A DNA stretch of 64,000 nt, taken from the NCBI GenBank assembly GCA_964016885.1, contig OZ024741.1, positions 240,932,001 to 240,996,000 of the forward strand, in the 5' to 3' direction. Source of the stretch: Eledone cirrhosa. Taxonomy: Eukaryota. Every line of letters starts with the position of its first letter. The first letter of the stretch is position 1. The position numbers and the translations under genes were made by a program. Under the pieces are notes generated by a model. The model worked only from the letters and a program-made list of their open reading frames with translations. It had not been told where the DNA came from and did not search any database. Shown piece by piece: positions 1 to 11,734 of this stretch.

Positions 1-68
1 ATATATATATATATATATATATAGTGACGAAACATAAGTCAATTGCATGAACTCATAATCCTTTATTT

Positions 69-124
69 ACTACTATATATATTTCGATGATAGCCATTGA
101 ATGGCTATGACCTCATCAGGCAGT
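69..124 (-). ncRNA. Minimal type I hammerhead ribozyme motif (PLE pLTR-type)
   Basis: Minus strand reads actgc-CTGATGA-ggtcatagccattcaatggctatcatc-GAAA-tatata-TA-gtagt. Helix I actgc/gtagt, helix II atagccat/atggctat, palindromic helix III, AATAAA immediately downstream, (TA)n flank. Confidence 0.75.
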
Positions 125-181
125 TAGTCAGTTCTTAGATATGCCAGCTCTATGTTTATAGTGTTGATGGTATCAGAGCTA

Positions 182-268
182 CCATCAACTGATTTCTTTC
201 ACCTTCATCACACTTTCAAACCACCACCACCACTACCACCACAAGAATAACATGATATTAAAAATTCT
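182..268 (+). repeat. ~85-bp segment duplicated at ~1458-1556
   Basis: ccatcaactgatttctttcaccttcatcacactttcaaaccacc...aacatgatattaaaaattct occurs twice, differing mainly in the ACC/ACA tract. Confidence 0.85.
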
Positions 269-479
269 CTCTATATATATATATATTAACACAATCCAAT
301 CTGTACACTGCTATACAAAATTCTAAAGAATTGCAGAGAATATTTCAACAAATCTGTTCTGGTTATTAACAATGGAAAAACCTCACACCCTCCTTCAGTT
401 TATTAACAATTATATTAACTCTTAACACACTGGAGTACATCAGCTGTAAATTTACTTTGTAGCTATCAATATACTCAGG

Positions 480-530
<51 letters not shown>

Positions 531-635
531 GCATATATATATATATATATATGGATTTTTATCTTTGTATTTATCATTAGTATTATTATCATTAGTATTA
601 TTATTTATATATATATATATATATAAATATACATA

Positions 636-666
<31 letters not shown>

Positions 667-1202
667 TATATATGTATGTATGCACATACACACACACACA
701 CATATATATATACATTTAACTCAGTATTTTTGAAAATTTTACCACACCACCCTACCAATAAACAAATTAAAAACAAACTAAATACAAAAAAAAAACGTAT
801 AAGAAAAATCAGATAAAGAAAATAAAACGAAACAGAGCAAAGACTCAACCAAAAGTTGAGAAAGAATGGAAATATAATGTACAGAATTCTTTCCATGTTC
901 TTTTCAAATGTTTACTGAGACAAATGGGTTTGTCTTCAGCATTTGCTTCCAAATTCTTGTGTAAATAATGGTTATTAAAGTGTACAGATGGATGAAATGG
1001 CATTACCAAAGAAAGAAAACGTGTGTCCCCTACCTTGAACATTGTGCTTCCATGTCCTGAGTGTTCTAAGCAAGAAGTTGGAGTGGTGCCAATGCTATTA
1101 GTTCTCCACTATTATATTATGTTTGAGATTCTTACCAAAGTCCCAGCTGAATACACAGCAAAACCACCATAATTCTGCCAGAATTTATATTGCAGCTGAT
1201 CA

Positions 1203-1270
<68 letters not shown>

Positions 1271-1356
1271 CAAGACAGCCAATTTATGTATACTACCCCT
1301 CTCTTGCACCTTCCCTACTCTCTCTCTCTAGTTCTATCTACTTTCTCCCACACTTA

Positions 1357-1416
<60 letters not shown>

Positions 1417-2004
1417 TTTGCATAGTGTTTCTTTTTTTCTTTCTTTCTTTCTTTCTTCCATCAACTGATTTCTTTCACCTTCATCACACTTTCAAACCAC
1501 CGCCACCACCACCACCACCACCACCACAACAACAACAACATGATATTAAAAATTCTAATAGTAACAGTACAATGTAACTTTACTTTTGTAGACATGCACA
1601 TATCATCATCATTCTCATCATTATCATTATCATCATCACCATCAACAGCATCATCAATAGTTTTATGCCCGTTTTATGTGCTGGCATAGATTGTATGGGT
1701 TGTTATATTCTGAGTCAGATCTTGTTCAGATTTACTGGCCACTTTAACAGACAGGAGAGCCACAACTTTCTTCAACGCATCATTTTTCAATGGCTGGATG
1801 CCTATTCTAACACCATCCATTTTACAGAGTGCACTGGGTGCATTTGGTTATGGCACCAGCACTAGAAATTTATATGCCTTTGGCAAAACTAAATTGTTTT
1901 CTCTAACCTATAATCACTAACCACTTACATATGTATATATATTTACACACACTCACATCTATATTTATATATACACCCCGAATATGTATACTTACACACA
2001 CACG

Positions 2005-2044
<40 letters not shown>

Positions 2045-2064
2045 AATACACACCCAAACACACG

Positions 2065-2176
<112 letters not shown>

Positions 2177-2205
2177 AAAGAATAGAGGTGTAACACACAA
2201 GTTAT

Positions 2206-2609
2206 TATATATTGGTAAACGGAATAGAAAATGCTGACAAATTGTTCACAGTTGAAAAATGGTTTAATTAGGAATAAAAGAGTATTAGTGATTGTATGGG
2301 TTAGTATTCAGTTGTGGTTTTAAGTTTTTAAGTTTTTACCGGTTGCGCATTTCTAAATGCTTTTCAAAAATAATTTTGAGATAGAGTGTCCGTGCTGTTT
2401 GCTCTGATCTGAGCAAACAGCACGGACACTCTATCTCAAAATTATTTTTGAAAAGCATTTAGAAATGCGCAACCGGTAAAAACTTAAAAACTTAAAACCA
2501 CAACTGAATACTAACCCATACAATCACTAATACTCTTTTATTCCTAATTAAACCATTTTTCAACTGTGAACAATTTGTCAGCATTTTCTATTCCGTTTAC
2601 CAATATATA
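2206..2609. repeat. Near-perfect palindrome, ~202-bp arms, next to (TA)n
   Basis: attggtaaac (2211) pairs with gtttaccaat (ends 2604); centre GATC 2406-2409; the only mismatch seen is T/T at 2405/2410. Confidence 0.95.
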
Positions 2610-2878
2610 TATATATATATATATATACATATTCATGCATATAGATACATATGCTAATGTGAAAAATGGATGTTAAACTGTGATGACGATGATGATATAT
2701 ATGCATGTATATATATATATATATATATACATTTATATATATATATATATATATACATGCATATATATATATACATGCATATATATATCATCATCACCAT
2801 TTAACATCCATTTTTCACACTAGCATGATATGTATCTATCCATCTGTCTATCTATATATAAAGAAATCTCTCTCTCTC

Positions 2879-2936
<58 letters not shown>

Positions 2937-3017
2937 AGTCCCACTTTCTTTCATTTAATCATGCCATTTCTTCACTGAAAGTGTTCTCCAGCTAAGTATT
3001 TAGTTGAGGCTATGACC

Positions 3018-3086
3018 ATAAATAGATCTATAGGTAGATAAATGAAAAGAATCACTTTTCATTTATCTACCTATAGATCTATTTAT
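3018..3086. repeat. Perfect hairpin, 32-bp arms, 5-nt loop
   Basis: ataaatagatctataggtagataaatgaaaag-aatca-cttttcatttatctacctatagatctatttat. Confidence 0.9.
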
Positions 3087-3121
3087 CTATCTAATTAGCC
3101 ATATATCTACCCCCCCCCTCC

Positions 3122-3167
<46 letters not shown>

Positions 3168-3168
3168 G

Positions 3169-3468
3169 TAAGTATTAATAAAATAGATGTTCTTTTGATC
3201 AATTACATTTTATTATGCATATTTTGGATGTACAACAGTACGTCCTCATCAGACAAAATATAATGATACATGACATACCCTGAGATGTTAAATGGTTAAG
3301 ATTTAATCAATGGTTAAGATTTAATTCCTTGATTAAATCTTAACCATTTAACATCTCAGGGTATGTCATGTATCATTATATTTTGTCTGATGAGGACGTA
3401 CTGTTGTACATCCGAAATATGTATAATAAAATGTAATTGATCAAAAGAACATCTATTTTATTAATACT

Positions 3469-3470
<2 letters not shown>
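3169..3470. mobile_element. Fold-back (inverted) PLE pLTR-like module, 142-bp arms, between (TA)n tracts
   Basis: Arms 3169-3310 and 3329-3470 with 2 mismatches; contains a hammerhead core; same family as 4200-4310 and 23443-23560. Confidence 0.8.
3380..3432 (+). ncRNA. Minimal type I hammerhead ribozyme motif
   Basis: attttgt-CTGATGA-ggacgtac-tgtt-gtacatcc-GAAA-tatgta-TA-ataaaat; 7-bp helix I, helix II present. Confidence 0.75.
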
Positions 3471-3531
<61 letters not shown>

Positions 3532-3603
3532 ACTAACATAAGCGCACAGATGCACGCCCATGCCAGCAAATACACAGGTTATGTCATATTTTCTTATTTT
3601 ACG

Positions 3604-3609
<6 letters not shown>

Positions 3610-3662
<53 letters not shown>

Positions 3663-3706
3663 TACATATATATATATAAGCAAAAAGATATATATATGTA
3701 TATATA

Positions 3707-3768
<62 letters not shown>

Positions 3769-3840
3769 TACATATATATACATATATATATATAAAGGCA
3801 AAAAGATATATATATATATATATATATATATCTTTTTGCT

Positions 3841-3882
<42 letters not shown>

Positions 3883-3954
3883 AGCAAAAAGATATATATA
3901 TATATATATATATATATCTTTTTGCCTTTATATATATATATGTATATATATGTA

Positions 3955-4016
<62 letters not shown>

Positions 4017-4060
4017 TATATATACATATATATATCTTTTTGCTTATATATATATATGTA

Positions 4061-4115
<55 letters not shown>
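3610..4115. repeat. Nested quasi-palindrome of (TA)n punctuated by gcaaaaagata / tatctttttgc motifs
   Basis: Motif orientation at ~3679 (+), 3797 (+), 3829 (-), 3884 (+), 3915 (-), 4033 (-) is symmetric about ~3862. Confidence 0.75.
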
Positions 4116-4122
<7 letters not shown>

Positions 4123-4209
4123 TATATAAGCAAAGAGATATTCCAAAAGGAACCTGAACTGTTAAGGACTGATTCCTGGGTATGTCACTATTTATAAAGC
4201 CAATTTTGT

Positions 4210-4268
4210 ATTTTGTCTGATGAGTGCGTACCAAAGTTTTGGTACCCTTGAAATATATATAATAGAAT
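4210..4268 (+). ncRNA. Minimal type I hammerhead ribozyme motif
   Basis: attttgt-CTGATGA-gtgcgtaccaaagttttggtaccctt-GAAA-tatata-TA-atagaat followed by AATAAA; base of helix II imperfect. Confidence 0.65.
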
Positions 4269-4489
4269 AAATATGGTTTTATAAATATAGTTTCCATTTA
4301 TTAATATCATTGATATATATATATCTATATATATCTATCTATATTCAGGTTTGAGGTTCACCACTGATTAGAGCTGGTCTATTCCGTATGGTCAATCGTA
4401 ATGCAATAATATAGAGAGTACTCAACGTAAGGCAGTTCAACCATCTTTGTTTTTGTAGTTGGTGGTGCTATTATATATATATATATATG

Positions 4490-4824
4490 TATACCCAGGG
4501 AGTGTAACTTGGAGTTATTGCAGGTTCACCCGGGAGAGCACTCGATGTTTAGGTTCACTTCTGTGTAGAGGTGTAGAGCTATACAGAGTGTAATATATTG
4601 AAAAGATAACAAGGTTGATTGGTTACCCCTTCATTACATTTATTGGTTGGTGACGCGCGTTTCACCACTGATCAGCTCAAGGTTCGATCTGTATCGATCT
4701 TACATTGAGTCGAGTAAGATCGATAAAGATCGAACCTTGAGCTGATCAGTGGCAAAACGCGCGTCACCTACCAATAAATGTAATGAAGGGGTAACCAATC
4801 ATCCTTGTTATCCATCCAATATAT
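4490..4824. mobile_element. PLE pLTR-like module with diverged inverted repeat (arms 4593-4703 / 4714-4824)
   Basis: Minus strand carries GAAACGCGCGTC then AATAAA (3' half of a hammerhead); homologous to the linear copy at ~39060-39305; flanked by (TA)n. Confidence 0.65.
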
Positions 4825-5060
4825 ATATATATATATATATAGTAATAATAATAAATTTGAAGACTAAAATCCAAAGAGGGCTCGATAAGGATAAATATAT
4901 ATCAAATATATAAGAACCGTAGAGCAAATATTTATTAAAATAACAGATTAAAATTTAAGCAAAGAATCGCTGCTTTCACCCTTAACAGGATCTTCTGAAA
5001 CTAACAAAGTCAATCTGTAAACGCAGAACTGGATATTTCAAAAAACGTTGCAACCGGAGG

Positions 5061-5086
5061 AAGCTCAGCCGTAAGTTCCTGACCCT

Positions 5087-5137
<51 letters not shown>

Positions 5138-5164
5138 AAGGGTCAGGAACTTACGGCTGTGCTT
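5061..5164. repeat. ~30-bp inverted arms enclosing a (TA)n tract
   Basis: cagccgtaagttcctgaccctttat ...(TA)n... ataaagggtcaggaacttacggctg. Confidence 0.85.
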
Positions 5165-5191
5165 ATGCTATTTCATATATATTTTATTAAG

Positions 5192-5294
5192 GCTAAATAG
5201 TCAGTCTTATTACTCTGGAGTTTCACCTGTTTATCACAGGATGACCGTGTGATAAACAGACAAAACGTCAGAGTAACCAGATTCACTATTTAGC
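5192..5294. repeat. Diverged hairpin, ~48-bp arms
   Basis: gctaaatagt...ttactctg...ctgtttatcaca / tgtgataaacag...cagagtaa...actatttagc. Confidence 0.7.
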
Positions 5295-5305
5295 ATTAAT
5301 AATAT

Positions 5306-5400
5306 GTTAACTTTGCCTTTCATCTTTACGGGGTCGATAAAATAAAGTACCAGTAATGTACTGGGTAATTGCTGGCCTTGTGCCAAAAGTAGAAACAATT
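5306..5400 (+). mobile_element. SINE family A, 3' fragment
   Basis: gcctttcatc...ggggtcgataaaataaagtaccagt...gccttgtgccaaaagtagaaacaatt, shared with about nine other copies in the window. Confidence 0.8.
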
Positions 5401-5536
5401 AATAATATATATATATATATATATTCACTTATCAATAATATCTTACATCAATTCCTATAGTTTGATATAATATGGTTTTGTTTTGAAATACATGTGTTGA
5501 CTTTTCTAAGATATTTCATCCTTAATGCAGATGACA

Positions 5537-5567
<31 letters not shown>

Positions 5568-5588
5568 CACACACACGCATATATATAT

Positions 5589-5620
<32 letters not shown>

Positions 5621-5658
5621 GCATATACACACACACGCATATATATATATACACACAC

Positions 5659-5689
<31 letters not shown>

Positions 5690-5773
5690 CATATACACAC
5701 ACACGCATATATATATATACACACACACACACATATATATATATGTATATATATATATACATATACACACACA

Positions 5774-5850
<77 letters not shown>

Positions 5851-5851
5851 G

Positions 5852-5952
<101 letters not shown>

Positions 5953-6086
5953 CGTAAAATAAACGTCTCTCATATTATTGTTCTGCAACCCCATGCATTG
6001 AACCACAAAGTTACTAAGACAAAACCTATATATTTGCTAGCATTGATATGCATCTGTATGTATATATATGTTACTAGATATTAATT

Positions 6087-6157
<71 letters not shown>

Positions 6158-6243
6158 TACATTTATGTACGTGATTGAGCATATGTGTATTCTTGTGTCT
6201 GTATTTGTGTATTTCACTTCTTATCATTACTCTTCATAGCATT

Positions 6244-6277
<34 letters not shown>

Positions 6278-6494
6278 TTAACTTGGTTTTATGCAGTTGT
6301 GCTATTCCATTTGGCTTGGCTTGGGTTTATATGTGTCCTAAGAAGTAAGCTAATAATAATAACAATAATTATTATTTCTAACATACACACACACATATAT
6401 ATACCCACACATGCATGCACTTATATAGATAAATATATAAATACACATACATACACATCTATTTAAAACACATTCAAACATGTGTGAACTCACT

Positions 6495-6830
6495 CATACA
6501 TTCATACATACATACATACATTCATACGTACACACACATACATAGATACATACATACATTCATACATACACACACATAACTAGATACATACATACACACA
6601 CATACATAGATACATACATACATTCAGACATACACACACATACATAGATACATACATACATTCATACATACACACACATACATAGATACATACATACATT
6701 CATACGTACACACACATACATAGATACATACATACATTCATACATACACACACATACATAGATACATACATACATTCATGAATACACACACATACATAGA
6801 TACATACATACATTCATACATACACACACA
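6495..6830. repeat. ~40-bp CATA/CA-based minisatellite
   Basis: catacatagatacatacatacattcatacatacacacaca repeated about 8 times. Confidence 0.85.
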
Positions 6831-7028
6831 TATACTTACATAAATACATATATACATACATGATGGCTGCCCCCTCGTTATCGAGTATGGCCATTGCACG
6901 AGGAGAAAAAAAAATTAATAAATAAATAAAAAATAAAATAAAATAAAAAAAAGAAATATATATATATATACACACATACATATACATATATACACACATA
7001 TATATATATACATACACACATATACATT

Positions 7029-7118
7029 AATTGTTTCTACTTTAGGCACAAGGCCAGCAATTACTCAGTGCATTACTGGTACTTTATTTTATCGACCCCG
7101 TAAGGATGAAAGGCAAAG
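7029..7118 (-). mobile_element. SINE family A, 3' fragment
   Basis: Reverse complement of the family A body and tail. Confidence 0.8.
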
Positions 7119-7461
7119 ATACATACATACATACGTATTGGTGGTTGTGTTGTAGTGGTGGTAGTAGTGATGGTGTTTTCATTAATGGTTGTGGCATTGA
7201 TAATGATTATTATGATGATGATGATGATGATAGTGATGTTGATGAAGATATGTATGGCAATTATGAAGATAATGACAATGCTGCTGTTGGTGGTGATGTT
7301 GATGCTCATTGTGTTAGTGGTGGTGGTGGTGGTGGTGGTGGTGGTGGTGGTGTTGGTGTTGGTGGTGATGGGGGTGGTGGTGGTGGTGGTGGTGGTGGTG
7401 GTGATAGTGGTTATTAACAAAATGATCATTAGTACCACCATCACATACACTGCCCCACCAC

Positions 7462-7509
<48 letters not shown>

Positions 7510-7549
7510 TGTCATCATTGTCATCACCACACCTAACTACACTGTTCTA

Positions 7550-8130
7550 CCTCCATCATCACCACCACTACCACCCTCACCAACATCAACACCACCTCCA
7601 CCACCATCACTACAACCCAACCCCGCACCACCTACACCACCTCCCTCCATCATCACCACCACTACCACCTCCACCACCATCACTACAACCCAGCACCACC
7701 TACACCACCTCCCTCCATCATCACCACCACTACCACCTCCACCACCATCACTACAACCCAGCACCACCTACACCACCTCCCTCCATCATCACCACCACTA
7801 CCACCTCCACCACCATCACTACAACCCAGCACCACCTACACCACCTCCCTCCATCATCACCACCACTACCACCTCCACCACCATCACTACAACCCAGCAC
7901 CACCTACACCACCTCCCTCCATCATCACCACCACTACCACCTCCACCACCATCACTACAACCCAGAACCACCTACACCACCTCCCTCCATCATCACCACC
8001 ACTACCACCTCCACCACCATCACTACAACCCAGCACCACCTACACCACCTCCCTCCATCATCACCACCACTACCACCCTCACCACCATCAACACCACCTC
8101 CACCACCATCACTACAACCCAACCCCACAC
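7550..8130. repeat. 68-bp ACC-rich minisatellite
   Basis: cccagcaccacctacaccacctccctccatcatcaccaccactaccacctccaccaccatcactacaa, about 8 copies. Confidence 0.85.
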
Positions 8131-8511
8131 CACCTCCCACTATCATCACCACCATCAACACCACCTCCACCACCACCACTACAACCCAACCCCACACCAC
8201 CTCCCACTATCATCACCACCATTGTCATCATTGTCATTGTCACCATTGTCACCATCATCATCATTACCACTACCATCATAAACACACACCCTCCTCCTCC
8301 TCATCATCATCATCACAGTAGTTATATTATAAACAATGAAACATAGAGCCACAGTGGCCAGTAAGACAAAGTTACCCCCTACCCATACCACTACCTACTC
8401 CCACCATTCAGCCCCCCCCCCCCTCCATCTACAATAGTTACTGAACATTGTTAGTGGTATCTCTGGCTGGAAGCATCACAACCTCTATTCCCCTCCTTCT
8501 CACCCCCCCCC

Positions 8512-9495
8512 CTCTCTCAGCTGACCCTTCCTTCCCCCCACCACTCTCAGTTAACCCCTCCTTCTCACCCCCCTCTCTCAGCTGACCCCCACCTTCTCCC
8601 CACCACTCTCAGCTGACCCTTCCTTCCCTCCACCACTCTCAGCTGACCCTTCCTTCTCCCCACCACTCTCAGCTGACCCCACCTCCTCCCCACCACTCTC
8701 AGCTGACCCCACCTTCTCCCCACCACTCTCAGCTGACCCCACCTTCTCCCCACCACTCTCAGCTGACCCCACCTTCTCCCCACCACTCTCAGCTGACCCC
8801 ACCTTCTCCCCACCACTCTCAGCTGACCCACCTTCTCCCCACCACTCTCAGCTGACCCCACCTTCTCCCCACCACTCTCAGCTGACCCCACCTTCTCCCC
8901 ACCACTCTCAGCTGACCCCACCTTCTCCCCACCACTCTCAGCTGACCCCACCTTCTCCCCACCACTCTCAGCTGACCCCACCTTCTCCCCACCACTCTCA
9001 GCTGACCCCACCTTCTCCCCACCACTCTCAGCTGACCCCACCTTCTCCCCACCACTCTCAGCTGACCCACCTTCTCCCCACCACTCTCAGCTGACCCCAC
9101 CTTCTCCCCACCACTCTCAGCTGACCCCACCTTCTCCCCACCACTCTCAGCTGACCCCACCTTCTCCCCACCACTCTCAGCTGACCCCACCTTCTCCCCA
9201 CCACTCTCAGCTGACCCCACCTTCTCCCCACCACTCTCAGCTGACCCCACCTTCTCCCCACCACTCTCAGCTGACCCCACCTTCTCCCCACCACTCTCAG
9301 CTGACCCCACCTTCTCCCCACCACTCTCAGCTGACCCCACCTTCTCCCCACCACTCTCAGCTGACCCCACCTTCTCCCCACCACTCTCAGCTGACCCCAC
9401 CTTCTCCCCACCACTCTCAGCTGACCCCACCTTCTCCCCACCACTCTCAGCTGACCCTTCCTTCTCCTCATCACTCTCAGTTGATCTACCTTCTC
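8512..9495. repeat. 30-bp minisatellite, ~32 highly homogeneous copies
   Basis: Unit ctctcagctgaccccaccttctccccacca; edge copies diverged. Confidence 0.95.
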
Positions 9496-9669
9496 TTCTT
9501 TATAAAGAAAAAACAAACATATTGTATATCATTACCATGCTGGCCACCACTTCCACTACATACAACCTGCACACACCCCTGCACCACCACATGCTGCCAC
9601 CACTTCCACTACATACAACCTGCACACACTACCACCATTCTCTCAATACTACTACAAACTCTTGAGGTT

Positions 9670-10165
9670 ATTACCACCACCACCATTACCACACCACCAC
9701 CAGCAATGTACCTCCACCACCATCACCACCAAATACCGCCACCACCACCACCACTACCACAACAACAACAACACATCACTTCCATTATCACAATCACTAT
9801 CACTAACACCTCTAGAGACCATCATAAAACATACTATAGTATGCCTGGACACAACACACCACCAATATATACCACCACAATTACCACACCACCACCAGCA
9901 ATGTACCTCCACCACCATCACCACCAAATACCACCACCACCACCACCACAACAACAACAACAACAACACATCACTTCCATTATCACACTCACTATCACTA
10001 ACACCTCTACAGACCATCATAAAACATACTATGGTGGTATGCCTGGACACAACACACCACCGATATATACCACCACCATTACCACATCACCACCAGCAAT
10101 GTACCTCCACCACCATCACCACCAAATACCACCACCACCACCACCACAACAACAACAACAACAAT
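9670..10165. repeat. ~195-bp tandem repeat, ~2.5 copies
   Basis: cagcaatgtacctccaccaccatcaccaccaaatacc at 9701, 9896 and 10094. Confidence 0.85.
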
Positions 10166-10459
10166 AACAACAACTCCACCACTTCCTCAACCCCCCCCCC
10201 ACCACCACCACCACCACAACAACAACACAACACGCCACCACCACTACTTTAACCACCATCACCACACCACCAACAAGAAAATTTCGCAACCACAACACAT
10301 CACCCCCATCAACATACCACCACCACTGTCATTAATACAATATTACATGTGCATAAGTTAGAACTAATGAAAATCACAAAACAATGCTTACCTGTATACC
10401 ATGTTTTTGTTGTGGTTATTGTTGTTGTTAGCTGTCACTTTAAACATGTACTGTCTTCT

Positions 10460-11600
10460 CTCTGTTGGTGTGACTATATCAGTATGTGTTAGCGTGGTAC
10501 TGTGACTGTAAACATATATCCTGCTTCACTATATAGAACTTGTTGCTCTTAATGTGACTATATCAGTATGTGTTAGCGTGGTATTGTGACTGTAAACATA
10601 TATCCTGCTTCACTATATAGAACTTGTAGCTCTTAATGTGACTATATCAGTATGTGTTAGCGTGGTATTGTGACTGTAAACATATATCCTGCTTCACTAT
10701 ATAGAACTTGTAGCTCTTAATGTGACTATATCAGTATGTGTTAGCGTGGTATTGTGACTGTAAACATATATCCTGCTTCACTATATAGAACTTGTAGCTC
10801 TGTTGGTGTGACTATATCAGTATGTGTTAGTGTGGTACTGTGACTGTAAACATATATCCTGCTTCACTATATAGAACTTGTAGCTCTTAATGTGACTATA
10901 TCAGTATGTGTTAGTGTGGTACTGTGACTGTAAACATATATCCTGCTTCACTATATAGAACTTGTAGCTCTTAATGTGACTATATCAGTACGTGTTAGCG
11001 TGGTATTGTGTGTAAACATATATCCTGCTTCACTATATAGAACGTGTAGCTCTGTTGGTGTGACTGTATCAGTATGTGTTATTGTTGAGATGTGACTGTA
11101 AGCATATATCCTGCTTCACTATATAGAATGTGTAGTTCTGTTGGTGTGACTGTATCAGTATGTGTTATTGTTGAGATGTGACTGTAAGCATATATCCTGC
11201 TTCACTATATAGAACTTGTAGCTCTGTTGGTGTGACTGTATCAGTATGTGTTATTGTTGAGATGTGACTGTAAGCATATATCCTGTTGTAAAATGCACTG
11301 TTTTCACTGTACTATACTGGTTCTGTTGGTGTGACTATACACATGTCTTATACACGAGGTGTGATAGTACACAAGTATCTGTCTCAGAGTATTGAACTGG
11401 CTCTGTTGGTGTGACTATATACGTATGTGTTATACACAATGCGTGACGATACACAGGTATCCTATAAGTACTAGCTTCAGTGTACTGCACCAGTGGCTCT
11501 GTTGATGTGACTGTATTGTACCGGCTTTTGCTCCGCCGATGTGACTGTATACGTATGTCTTATACACGAGCTGTAACTATACACATGTATCCTGCTGGAG
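10460..11600. repeat. 84/87-bp minisatellite that diverges towards the right end
   Basis: tgtgactatatcagtatgtgttagcgtggtattgtgactgtaaacatatatcctgcttcactatatagaacttgtagctcttaa at 10553, 10637, 10721 and onward; stops in all six frames. Confidence 0.9.
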
Positions 11601-11684
11601 TGTTTAGAACTGACTGATGCTGCAGAAGTTCTGCTCAGTCTCTCTCTCTCTTTCTCCCTCACTTTCTCTCTTCCTCCATATCTA

Positions 11685-11734
<50 letters not shown>

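Noticed and set aside
845-1042. 65-aa non-repetitive ORF as a host exon
   Set aside because: No recognisable domain and no convincing pair of splice sites.
8565-9516. GSAESGGEKV repeat protein
   Set aside because: Minisatellite with 1-bp deletions that shift frame; no synonymous variation and no splice context.
10460-11300. C2H2 zinc-finger array (84 bp = 28 aa period)
   Set aside because: All six frames contain stops in each unit and there is no CxxC/HxxxH/TGEKP pattern; the recurring in-frame TGA has no support as selenocysteine.
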